This document shows positions 11,301-19,877 of a stretch of 64,000 nucleotides of DNA, in pieces. Origin of the DNA: a virus. The DNA lies in IMG/VR virus record IMGVR_UViG_3300044638_008494, positions 43,023 through 107,022 of that record; one strand, given 5' to 3'. The notes beneath the pieces were generated by a model. It had not been told where the DNA came from, did not search any database, and worked only from the letters and a program-made list of their open reading frames with translations. The translations under genes were made by a program, and so were the position numbers. The first letter of the stretch is position 1. Each line of letters opens with the position of its first letter.

Positions 11301-14300
11301 TTGTTCAAAAGATGGGGTTCTGTACTGCATAATCGCAGTATCAGTTTGCGTGGCTAAGCCTAAATTAAATTTAGGTATATCTATTTTTAAAATTTTATTT
11401 AAGCTTCCTATTAATTTTGCAGAATTATCAAGCGCGTTTTTATTTTTTCTAAAATTATTAATATAATCTTGAACTACTTGTGGCAATTGTGAAATATTTT
11501 TTCTACTCTGTTCTTCAAGTCGAAGAGTATTTTGATTTTCTTCTAAACGCTTTTTCAAATTTTTAGATAAATCTTCTGATAATCCTCTTAATTCTGCAGG
11601 TGATGCTTTTTTAAATGCTTCTTTTAATTTTTCAAGTTCTTCTGCGGTGCCTTCCCCGCCTTCTTTCAACATGCTTAAAATATTATCAAATTCTTCTCCA
11701 ATACGGACCGCGTCAAATCCTTTTAATTTTTCCACCGAAGGAATTACCTTGTTTAACATGTCTATGCGGCCCTTAGTATCAACATCTTCTCCACCGGCAT
11801 AATCAAATGTAGATAAAATAGAATCAGCAATTTTTTTAGATTGATCTTTTCCTATATTGGTCCATGATGTTATAAATTCTTTACCAATATCTGTAGTTAA
11901 CGATTCAATATTTGCACCTCTTGTTTGATCTTGTATATATTTAGCTAAAATTTCTTGCTGTTTTGCAACATCATTTGTCGCAGATATTTGGTTTTGTATG
12001 CTTGGTGGCAACTTTGATAATTGTCGCAAGTATTCATTTTCTGCTCTTGTTATATCTTTAATTGGGGCATTGGATTCAGTTAAATCACTTAATTTTTCTC
12101 TAGCTATTAGTAATCCTTGCGTAGACTCTTGTGCTCTTTGTGCATTTTCTGTTGCTTTTTGAACTCTTTGAGATGCATCGCCCAATCCATTTATAGATAA
12201 TGCTAGCGCATCTACAATTGGCTTTGCTGATAATGCAGCTCCAACTATTCCTCCTATTATTGCGCCTGGTGCTCCACCGCCAACTGCCGCGCCAGCCCCT
12301 GCAAAACCACCAATATTGCCTAATCCAGTCAAAAGTGACCCCGCAACTGTTTGATCTCCACCAGCTATCTGAGATCCTATTCCGCTTGCTGTTTGAAGGG
12401 CGAATCCCAACCCCAAACCTTTATTTTTTGCAAACTCATCAAACCTTTCTCTTTTAGTCAAGCTTCGTTTATTTATAGCAGATTGAATTGTTGCTGCTCT
12501 TTCTTCAGATTTGGCCTGATCTCTCGCTACACGCTCTCTTCTTTTTTCCCTTTCTATTTGACCAGCCATTCCAGTATCTGTCCATGTCCCTGCTTGGGCA
12601 TTATATAATGTAGGATTTTGTCTGGCTGTATTTTCCTGAATATCTAATTTTTGCAAAAGCTTGTTTTGCCTATTTATTCTTTGCTGGTTAGATTCAAATG
12701 CTTGATCTAATGTTTGTCCGGTGGATTTTAGTTCTCCTTTTAATTTTCTTAATTCTTTTGCTCCATCATCCAGCTGTCCTCCAAAAAATGCTAGAGAAAA
12801 TAGCAATCCAGAAATTGATGCTGAAATTGCTGTAAAATCTGTTGCTCCAGAGGTGAAATTTGTTGCTCCAGAGGTGAAATTTGTTTCATTATCTCCTGCG
12901 GCAAAATTTGGAATGAATCCAGAAGAGGCCAATAATCCAGCACCTTTCTGCATCTCTGCAGAATCCTTCATGGCGCGATTTTTTCCACCATGTTGGCGCA
13001 TAGCTGAGGCAAACGAAGGCTGACTTTTATTTCTTACGTGCAAGAATGGCTTATCATCTATTACGGCTTTTTTTCCAGAAATAGATTCTTCTAAAGCAAT
13101 AACTTCTTTGACATACTGATCTGATTTTGCAAAATTTGGTATAAAACCAGAAGCTGCCATATCAGAAGTTTTGCGTATATTTTGATTATAATTTCTTAAT
13201 TCTTTTATGGCCATTGGGCTACTAGCCAGCGACTGCAAATCCTTATCTGATAAGCCCAACTCTTTTGCTCCTTGAACAAGTGGCTTGTATTTTAAATCTC
13301 CGATCTTAATTGCGTCCAGATTAAATCCAGCATTAGATTTAGATCCGTACAGCAGTTCTTTAAATTTATTTAACTTGTCTGGCGTTCCAAGTTTTAACAA
13401 CGATCCTTGCTGTATTCTTGCCAAGGCAGATTGTGCCGCAGATCTTTCTCCAAGGGTAGCGCCGCGCTTCATCAATTCTTGAATTGCTTGTATATTTACA
13501 AAATTTGGTATAAAACCAGAAGCAAATTTACCAACATTCGGCTGACTTTCAGATGCAATCCTCTTAGCCATATGTCCAAATACTATTGGGTCAATAAGCC
13601 CTACTTTATTTGTTTTTATTAAACCTTCTGGAGAAATTCCACCTTCGCGCGCCTGTATTTGCGCTTCTTTTGGAAGTGGGCGCATAAATGTAAAATTCGC
13701 TGATGAGGCAGTATCTAAAGCTAATGCTTGCAACCAATTTGGCTTTTCGCTTACAGACCTTTTTGCACTCTCAAATCTTGAATTGACAATAGCAATTAAA
13801 GATTTTTCTACCTCATAATCGTTAATTTCATCTTTAAATGTATTACCAGCAAATCTTTGCGATGTTACCAATGAGTTACCAGAGACTCTTCTTAAAGGCA
13901 ATAATTGTAAATTTGAATCAGTTTTTTTTAGTTGCCTTGTAGCTTTTGCCCAATCTATTGAACCAATATCTCTTAATTTACCTCTTTGTTGCATTGGGGA
14001 CTTGTAATCTAAAGTCGGTAATTTTAGAACTTTACTTCCGGTTTTAAACGCATGAGATTCTGCCCCACTGCCTAGATATTGTAAATCAGGATATTGTTGA
14101 TATAATTTATTTATACGCTTTTCAACTGCTGGTTTTTGTTTAATCTCCTCAAAATTAAACGAACTCTTATTTCGTATTTGCTCTAAAATTGGGCTATCTG
14201 CAAAATTTGGTATAAACCCACTTGCCATAGCAAACATCCCTTGCTGGTTTGGATATTTTTTTGCAAATATTGCTCCTAATTTTGCTACAATATCAGGATC

Positions 14301-17300
14301 TCTTAAAGCTTCTTGTGGCAATCTATTCTTTTTGACAAAGTCTTTAATCCATTGTGCTTGAAATTTATTTCTTCCAGCCATCATTGGATTTGCTGCAAAT
14401 GCTGGAATAAAACCATCGGCAGCGCCAGAAGATTGTAACGCTGCCATTCTTTTCTCTACTTCTATTTCAAACTGTGATCGCGCTCCTCCCCTTCTAAGAA
14501 CTAGCCCTTCTTTTCTAATACTTTCAATAGCTTTTATTCTAAGAGCCTGAACTTTTCCAAAACCAGGCCCACTTTTTACTTGTTTAACTGCACCAGGTTT
14601 TGCTTCGTTGAGTAATTTTTGCATTACTTCATTAGTTGCACCCGATGAGCTTTTTGCATCATACATTCCAGGCGCACCATGAAATAATTTTCTTAATCTT
14701 GGCGTTATTCTTTCTTGTCTAAAATCAATACCAGCATTTTGAGAAGTTTTTTGTAAGCCTTGCTGAAGTAAAGTAATTAATCCACCCTCGAAGGCAACGC
14801 CAACGGCACCCTCTGCTGCTCCATAGTTAGGAAGATCTTTTGGTGATTTTAAAAAGTTTTCACCTCCTAAAACTTGTCCGAATTGATTCGCCTCACGAAC
14901 AAGTAGGTCGCCTAAATTTTTTTTCAAATCAGGGAGCTGGCCTTTAATAACATCTTTATTAATTCCAGCAACCGGTATTAGCCCTTTGTATTTTTTGCCA
15001 AGATACGAACCAGCGCCCGGTGCCATTGTGTAACCTTCAGAAATATTAGGATAAATAAGAGATACAACCTTGCCATTTAATGCTTTAGATGTTCTCGTAT
15101 CACCAAGATCAATAATTTCATCGCCTTCCTTTGATGATTTGGCAAAATTTGGTATAAAACCAGAAGCTGCATTTGGAACAACCAATTTATAATTGCTTGG
15201 CATAAAAATATTATCCTTTTGTGGAGGATTTTGTTTTTTGCTTTTTCCGTAATTAGTTTCAATAACTTTAGAAATTAAATTATCGTTGTCTATTGTTCCA
15301 AATTTCACCTCGCCCACTGGTTTTCCTTTTGAATTTAATAGGTCCATTCTTGCAGTTTTTGATTCTGCAACTTGCAAACCAAGACGATTCGCAGCAAATC
15401 TCTCGAAATATTTACCAACAAGATCATTTTTTACCCCAGTGAATTGTCTGTCCTTATTAACTAATTTTGTATTGCCAGATAATAAGCTAGGAACCTTTTC
15501 TTTATTTGTGAGCAAATTTTGTTTTAACTGGCCAATTTGTTTTATAGAATACCCATTTCTTGTAAAATATTTAACAGCAGTCTCTGATAGCTTTGAATCT
15601 TTGGAATTTAAATTATTTAATTGTTTATCAAATTGATTTTCAAATGAAGATCTACTACCAATCGAAATAATATCAAATGAAAATGGAGAATATGTATCTA
15701 AACCCTTATTTGCTACTTGAGATGATTGTACTCCAGTTATAGTACCACCTGGCAAAGATTTTTTATTTTTTGGTTGTGCGAAATTTGGCACAAACCCAGA
15801 TGCAGATATTTTTTTAGCTCCATCAGGTAGACCATATTTGCTTTTCATTTCCCTATTCCATACAGCAGTTCCATCACCACCACCATAATTAGGAACAGCC
15901 CATTCTCCAGTATGAGCCACCATTGTCCCCTTTTTATTATTTCCCATTGGGAAATTTTTCATTACAACTGGTCTATCTTTTGCTGGATTTGCGTCACCAA
16001 CTCTATTATTAATATTATTTTGCTCTGCTGCTAGATGCGGCAAAAAGCCACCAGCCGCAGTTTTAACCTTAGAACCTCTTTGTGTTATAAAAGATTTTCC
16101 ACCCACGTTTTGCACACCAACTTGAGACGCTGTTGTTTTTGCTATCTGTGCTGCTATAGAATTTTGCTTTTGCAACTCTATGGTTTGCTGCTTTACAATT
16201 TCTAAATATGCTTTTGCCCCAGAAGCAACAGAGGCTTGGCCGCTAGATATTGCCTTGTATATACTAGCATTATTTTGTAAAAATTTTACAACACTTTGCT
16301 GTATTACTGCTTGTTCTTTAGCTGCTTGATTTACCCCTAAAATACTTTTAAAAGCTTCAACACCATATCTAGAAAATTCTGCAAATAGTTTAACTACCGC
16401 TGCCGTTACCAAAGCAAGCCCTGGTCCGCCAATAAAATTTCCAATTCCGCTTATTATTCCGCTACCAATTTTTGCACCAATACTATCAGCATCAACATTG
16501 TTCACGGCACCAGTGAGAAATTCAGAAATATTTAAAACATTTTTTGCAGCTGGCTCAAAAAGTCCACCAGCAATATTTCCTCCAGCTTGCTGTATATTTG
16601 CCAAGGCACGCGTACCTCTAGCAGAAAGTGTTTCATTTAATTTTTCATTACGCCTTATGGCCTGATCAGTAGTTCCAAGTGATGTTTTTAAAGCTTGGTC
16701 ATATATTGAATATTCCTTACCAAGATCTCCCAGCGCAGCTTTTAATACGTTAATTTGGAATACACCGCCAACCTGCTCAGCTACATAGTTTTTTTGCGTT
16801 GCAGATAATCCATCGTAAACACTAGCAAGTTCTTTCAATAATTGTACTTGCGTTTTTACATTACCCTCGGCATCTGTAGATTGTATGCCTAGCCCACCCA
16901 AAACTTCTTGTGTTTTTTCTCTACCAAGTCTTGTAAATATAGTTTTTAATGAGTTACCTATAACAGCACCGCCTCGAGCCGTAACTTGTTGCGCGGTGGT
17001 TACTAAAGCGATCAACTCATCAAAAGAAATTCCAGCATCATCAGCGGAAGATCCAACGCGGCTAAGTGCGTTTGCTAAATCCGCAGAACTAACAGCAAAA
17101 GCAGCATCAACGTTAGCTAGTTTATTTACAATTTCAGTTGCTTGTAGCGCAGATCCCCCAAACGAGTTGATTGCGGCTGTTAATGCAGATACGCTAGCGG
17201 CGGCATCCAATCCACTTAAACGTGTTAAGATCAAAGCCGCTTCTGTTCGCTTTAATGTTTCTTCTACCCCAAGACCTTGACGAGAAAGTTCCGTAGCAGC

Positions 17301-17696
17301 TTCGGCAACCACATCAAACGATTGCGCTGTGTTCCCAGCGATATCGAATAATGAAGCTCCAAATTTCGCTAAATTTCTATCTGTCAAATTTAACAGAACA
17401 TTAACATCTGCTAATTTTTTTTCTACATTTACAAATGTATTAAATAAAGAAGTAACAGCGCTTTGTATCGCAAAGATTGCACCAGCAGATGCAGCAAAGG
17501 CAATAACGCGCGCGTTCGCTGCGGCCAAAGACTTGTCGATTTCTTGTATTTGACCGCTAATTTTGCCCAATGGCTGTGCTGCGCCACCTGCTGTTTGAAT
17601 ATTTAGAGTAACACCTTGCTTGGCAACCTGATCAATTTGCCGCCTAAGTTTCGCGGTATTACCATCAACATCTACTCTGATATTTGGATTAGCCAT
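8370..17696 (-). CDS. Tail tape measure protein with internal motif-delimited cargo domains
   Basis: 3108 aa; TP901-type N-terminus (AATELSRQGLGVEETLKRTEAALILTRLSG...IVNKLANVDAAFAVSS); Ala/Gly-rich hydrophobic segments; follows tail tube and chaperones. Confidence 0.93.
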   Translation of the reverse strand: MANPNIRVDVDGNTAKLRRQIDQVAKQGVTLNIQTAGGAAQPLGKISGQIQEIDKSLAAANARVIAFAASAGAIFAIQSAVTSLFNTFVNVEKKLADVNVLLNLTDRNLAKFGASLFDIAGNTAQSFDVVAEAATELSRQGLGVEETLKRTEAALILTRLSGLDAAASVSALTAAINSFGGSALQATEIVNKLANVDAAFAVSSADLANALSRVGSSADDAGISFDELIALVTTAQQVTARGGAVIGNSLKTIFTRLGREKTQEVLGGLGIQSTDAEGNVKTQVQLLKELASVYDGLSATQKNYVAEQVGGVFQINVLKAALGDLGKEYSIYDQALKTSLGTTDQAIRRNEKLNETLSARGTRALANIQQAGGNIAGGLFEPAAKNVLNISEFLTGAVNNVDADSIGAKIGSGIISGIGNFIGGPGLALVTAAVVKLFAEFSRYGVEAFKSILGVNQAAKEQAVIQQSVVKFLQNNASIYKAISSGQASVASGAKAYLEIVKQQTIELQKQNSIAAQIAKTTASQVGVQNVGGKSFITQRGSKVKTAAGGFLPHLAAEQNNINNRVGDANPAKDRPVVMKNFPMGNNKKGTMVAHTGEWAVPNYGGGDGTAVWNREMKSKYGLPDGAKKISASGFVPNFAQPKNKKSLPGGTITGVQSSQVANKGLDTYSPFSFDIISIGSRSSFENQFDKQLNNLNSKDSKLSETAVKYFTRNGYSIKQIGQLKQNLLTNKEKVPSLLSGNTKLVNKDRQFTGVKNDLVGKYFERFAANRLGLQVAESKTARMDLLNSKGKPVGEVKFGTIDNDNLISKVIETNYGKSKKQNPPQKDNIFMPSNYKLVVPNAASGFIPNFAKSSKEGDEIIDLGDTRTSKALNGKVVSLIYPNISEGYTMAPGAGSYLGKKYKGLIPVAGINKDVIKGQLPDLKKNLGDLLVREANQFGQVLGGENFLKSPKDLPNYGAAEGAVGVAFEGGLITLLQQGLQKTSQNAGIDFRQERITPRLRKLFHGAPGMYDAKSSSGATNEVMQKLLNEAKPGAVKQVKSGPGFGKVQALRIKAIESIRKEGLVLRRGGARSQFEIEVEKRMAALQSSGAADGFIPAFAANPMMAGRNKFQAQWIKDFVKKNRLPQEALRDPDIVAKLGAIFAKKYPNQQGMFAMASGFIPNFADSPILEQIRNKSSFNFEEIKQKPAVEKRINKLYQQYPDLQYLGSGAESHAFKTGSKVLKLPTLDYKSPMQQRGKLRDIGSIDWAKATRQLKKTDSNLQLLPLRRVSGNSLVTSQRFAGNTFKDEINDYEVEKSLIAIVNSRFESAKRSVSEKPNWLQALALDTASSANFTFMRPLPKEAQIQAREGGISPEGLIKTNKVGLIDPIVFGHMAKRIASESQPNVGKFASGFIPNFVNIQAIQELMKRGATLGERSAAQSALARIQQGSLLKLGTPDKLNKFKELLYGSKSNAGFNLDAIKIGDLKYKPLVQGAKELGLSDKDLQSLASSPMAIKELRNYNQNIRKTSDMAASGFIPNFAKSDQYVKEVIALEESISGKKAVIDDKPFLHVRNKSQPSFASAMRQHGGKNRAMKDSAEMQKGAGLLASSGFIPNFAAGDNETNFTSGATNFTSGATDFTAISASISGLLFSLAFFGGQLDDGAKELRKLKGELKSTGQTLDQAFESNQQRINRQNKLLQKLDIQENTARQNPTLYNAQAGTWTDTGMAGQIEREKRRERVARDQAKSEERAATIQSAINKRSLTKRERFDEFAKNKGLGLGFALQTASGIGSQIAGGDQTVAGSLLTGLGNIGGFAGAGAAVGGGAPGAIIGGIVGAALSAKPIVDALALSINGLGDASQRVQKATENAQRAQESTQGLLIAREKLSDLTESNAPIKDITRAENEYLRQLSKLPPSIQNQISATNDVAKQQEILAKYIQDQTRGANIESLTTDIGKEFITSWTNIGKDQSKKIADSILSTFDYAGGEDVDTKGRIDMLNKVIPSVEKLKGFDAVRIGEEFDNILSMLKEGGEGTAEELEKLKEAFKKASPAELRGLSEDLSKNLKKRLEENQNTLRLEEQSRKNISQLPQVVQDYINNFRKNKNALDNSAKLIGSLNKILKIDIPKFNLGLATQTDTAIMQYRTPSFEQEAAIGAARIDQQSYIDFIEASKEAADTLKGSFVPQLQDNIKNADLTTSANRGEVVDLQNVSEQIAKAVTIEDIQKIDLSKLPKGLQDAYEKSLEDANFNLKQALQNIDFNNAAQKVQQAFDIAVGRFNDRMQKMQGYAGGVSGLSGFDPTQMEGTELRRAYQAGEIGPLKYKREMDKFEREQSIRRLEAMEALGIPENYQRGERSRLTAMLQDQSDEYLDAIGLGNLKGLGRANVVDMVNQQFGGMKPGQKFANPFNQAAEDLVKSIGYVGINMDKFSQQAFTGLQKEADNAAEKLLNLANCAQTAINALCPSTSGGAFSMQSNARGSATTNPPITSTAAASAIKAAMRGAATTGSVSGAGSAGGVGGVSGVGGSSGGNFTIISPAAAKAMEASQAQQDQAVAQNISILKQILNKLPNTNISGASSGPLGKSFQEIIKEIEEKNYQNVVRRKYNYGPDDPGADLLSWGDKYQTHQMFNEEGRMSGQWSQSMTKEQLTQWRADPNNKLAVDAMNKYGKEFADSLKENFSKYLKNELKVEATDTGRSVNQLAVQKSQNANSEIKNVDDFQQQLKSSIDALLAGQKISDDKMISVIQYLRDELKAGNTYDVTSLLSQMPYQAPNASRDGMLNKGIDGTMATDVMPIIKSVLENSLNPFAIKMIGAIDLNGDKIVSALEGSVMLGGSAENMREVLTPRPNFPQFPKPTLPPPQTFTQPDGSQGFYDPNFGEGGAGSVGMPLQAPKPFPYNNPAVSPYVPPTASPFTNRGVNPLVGQFADPQIQSPLQPIGGPLTRPYTPQSPLLSPAFPQFPKPTLPPPKMFPQPDGGLGYYDPNFNPESKPPIGVEPQAPMAPPKNIEQGKEEIRELKKSLDGSREAVNKNSGIVEEQTKQVQESPQREVSQQPVEDGGKEMTLNQDISFPVDISTDFKIDVSMSEEAIAEVGAKISEVQEQLRAELASAIDAVNRQIAGLQTKNGQTA
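8860..9213 (-). repeat. Duplicated Pro-rich block in the tape measure C-terminus (FPQFPKPTLPP)
   Basis: Identical 33-nt copies at 8860-8892 and 9181-9213, each followed by QPDG..G.YDPNF. Confidence 0.9.
12840..12881 (-). repeat. 21-nt in-frame tandem duplication (TNFTSGA x2)
   Basis: tgttgctccagaggtgaaatt at 12840-12860 and 12861-12881. Confidence 0.9.
12900..16058 (-). repeat. Eight dispersed (A/S)(S/D/G)GF(I/V/L)P(N/A/H)(F/L)(A/V) peptide motifs in the tape measure
   Basis: Copies at ~16031-16058, 15777-15806, 15141-15170, 14394-14423, 14199-14228, 13497-13526, 13128-13157, 12900-12929. Confidence 0.9.
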
Positions 17697-17730
17697 ATAT
17701 TCCGTAATTTGTACCTTTTACCTAAGATAA

Positions 17731-17736
17731 ATTACA
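17731..17736 (-). promoter_or_regulatory. Putative late promoter motif TGTAAT (tape measure)
   Basis: TGTAATTTAT in the short intergenic gap upstream of 17696; motif recurs before many structural genes. Confidence 0.55.
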
Positions 17737-17766
17737 GATTTTAAATGTAAAAATCGCTGCTTATAA

Positions 17767-18753
17767 TCAGCTCTTGCTAGCCAATTCGTATATTCCCATG
17801 CTTCCCTTTGTTTGGGATTCAGAAATTATTTTATCTCCCAATATATCACCGCCAGCAATGCTTTTAACGTCATCCCTATCTCCAAATAAGAAAGTAGATC
17901 CCTTATTTCCTTTTTTATTTTTACTGGTAGATTCTACTCGTTTCCTATTCTTTAAAGATTCAAGCCATTGATCTAATTTATCGGGGTTATCGTAAACCCC
18001 ATCTGGAATTTCAGCGTCAGAGTTTTTAATTATATTTTGATAATATTTCCCCCAAATTAAAACTTCATGCTGATTTTTTGTTAGTTTTATTACTGGCTTT
18101 CCAAACACTTCCATAGATGTGCTCCCTATATACAAGATATTTTGAAAATGATGAGATATGGCTGTTTTTTTTATTATTTTAGAAGAGAAATCGGATAAAT
18201 ATTTAAAATAGTAATATGTTGCCCAATCTAAGATATTTTCAGACTCTTCATCTAGATTTTTATTAAATAATAACTCTTTTAAATCTTCATTTTTAAATAA
18301 AAAATTTTGCAAGAAAAAATCAGAAGTTTTTTTTGTGGCCCACTCCTCTGATGTCATTACGATAAAGGATGATCTTTCTTTATTTAACTTATCTAATTTT
18401 TCATGCTCAGAATTAACTTGCTCGTCAATACGCTTTTTATCAGAATCATAGATTAGTTTTGATCTTGTTGTATTTAATCTATTAATTGTTGATTTTAATA
18501 TTCGAATTTGATTCTCTTTTTCTTCACTCCACCACCCATATTTGGATGCAAGCGCCACCTGATCTTCTTCTCCAAGTATTCCATTAACGCTGGCTTCATT
18601 TAAAAATCTATCATAAATATCTCTTATCTGAAGAGACTCTGATTGGGTTAAATGCTTTAAGTATATTTTTCCGTAATTTTCTATTTGGTATACGGAATAG
18701 CCATTAGATATATCTTCAAAAACGGCCAATACATCAACACTTTGGCCACTCAT
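17767..18753 (-). CDS. Putative tail assembly chaperone
   Basis: 328 aa, charged/helical, directly upstream of the tape measure. Confidence 0.55.
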   Translation of the reverse strand: MSGQSVDVLAVFEDISNGYSVYQIENYGKIYLKHLTQSESLQIRDIYDRFLNEASVNGILGEEDQVALASKYGWWSEEKENQIRILKSTINRLNTTRSKLIYDSDKKRIDEQVNSEHEKLDKLNKERSSFIVMTSEEWATKKTSDFFLQNFLFKNEDLKELLFNKNLDEESENILDWATYYYFKYLSDFSSKIIKKTAISHHFQNILYIGSTSMEVFGKPVIKLTKNQHEVLIWGKYYQNIIKNSDAEIPDGVYDNPDKLDQWLESLKNRKRVESTSKNKKGNKGSTFLFGDRDDVKSIAGGDILGDKIISESQTKGSMGIYELASKS

Positions 18754-18762
18754 AATGTTAGT

Positions 18763-19539
18763 TTATTCCTCGCTTGGCTTTGTGTCTTCTATTTTATTTT
18801 CTTTATTTTCTTCAGTATCAGCGGCAGTACTGTCATCTGCTGATCGATTTGACCCAGAATCGCTATCTTTAAAATCTTGCCAATTCGAGATTCTGTTTAA
18901 AAACCAAAGCGTAATTAAATAATTAAATCTTTGACCAACCTTTATAATAAAGGCTTCATCTTCATTGTCTGGATCAAGCTGATCATACCAGTCCAGCATT
19001 TCATCGTAATTTTCACCATTAAAAAACTGCTCGTCTTCGCTTTTATAAGCTAATTGTGTTAACCACCATTGGATGGTTGCATTTCTTGCCTTAGCCTCTG
19101 CCGTATTTTCAAAAATGTAAATTTGCTCAAGCTCAAATGTTTGAATCTCCCTTTTTGATTCTTCAATTTGCAATTCAAGTTTTGCTTTTTGAAGTTTTTG
19201 TTTATTATCTAATTCGGGCAATTGGTTTAATTTGTTCAACTCGATACTTGATTCAAAAAATGTTCTTTTGGCTTTAGTATAATCCTCTGCTTCAGAGTTT
19301 GAAATTGTTCCTCCTAAGTTTTCTAAAATAGTATTCCAAGCGGCTTTTGGCAATAGGCCAGCCTTAACAAAGCTCGCTAACTGTTTTGCGTATTCAACTT
19401 CGCCAAGTTGCCGCAAGCTTCTTGATGGTTTTAAAATATAAAATCTTTTCTCTTCATTCTTATTGTTTTTAGCAATGAATGAGTAAATCCATTTTTTAGT
19501 ATCAAAGTCCGGTTTATCCTGCACATCATTATTATTCAT
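18763..19539 (-). CDS. Putative tail assembly chaperone
   Basis: 258 aa, coiled-coil, between tail tube and tape measure. Confidence 0.55.
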   Translation of the reverse strand: MNNNDVQDKPDFDTKKWIYSFIAKNNKNEEKRFYILKPSRSLRQLGEVEYAKQLASFVKAGLLPKAAWNTILENLGGTISNSEAEDYTKAKRTFFESSIELNKLNQLPELDNKQKLQKAKLELQIEESKREIQTFELEQIYIFENTAEAKARNATIQWWLTQLAYKSEDEQFFNGENYDEMLDWYDQLDPDNEDEAFIIKVGQRFNYLITLWFLNRISNWQDFKDSDSGSNRSADDSTAADTEENKENKIEDTKPSEE

Positions 19540-19544
19540 ATTTA

Positions 19545-19784
19545 TTACTTTCTATTATTATCATCATTAATAAACAAAAAATCAAAATTTTCTAATTCTT
19601 TTGTTATATCTCTTATTGTATTATTTCCGTGATCAAGAATTCTCTTTCTAATTTTTTGAAATTCTTCATCTGACATGCGGCCATCAGCTACAATATCTTC
19701 TAATACATAGATAAAAGACAAAAAAAGCCTAGTCACAGACTTTTTAATATATCCGAGTACAAATTCTTTTATATTAAATTTCAC
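19545..19784 (-). CDS. Hypothetical protein (GTG start)
   Basis: 79-aa ORF filling the gap after a TGTAAT motif. Confidence 0.6.
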   Translation of the reverse strand: MKFNIKEFVLGYIKKSVTRLFLSFIYVLEDIVADGRMSDEEFQKIRKRILDHGNNTIRDITKELENFDFLFINDDNNRK

Positions 19785-19811
19785 CTTTAAAAACCTTTTA
19801 CCTTACATGGT

Positions 19812-19817
19812 ATTACA
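19812..19817 (-). promoter_or_regulatory. Putative late promoter motif TGTAAT
   Basis: Immediately downstream of the tail-tube terminator, upstream of 19784. Confidence 0.55.
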
Positions 19818-19826
19818 CCATAAAAT

Positions 19827-19858
19827 AAAAAAAGGGGCAGAAACTGCCCCTTTTTTTT
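19827..19858 (-). terminator. Intrinsic terminator after the tail tube gene (bidirectional)
   Basis: A7-GGGGCAG-aaa-CTGCCCC-T8. Confidence 0.85.
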
Positions 19859-19877
19859 GAATTTATTTTGTTTATAA

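Noticed and set aside
17767-19539. Programmed frameshift joining the tail chaperones
   Set aside because: No convincing slippery heptamer near the first stop; the second gene has its own ATG just downstream
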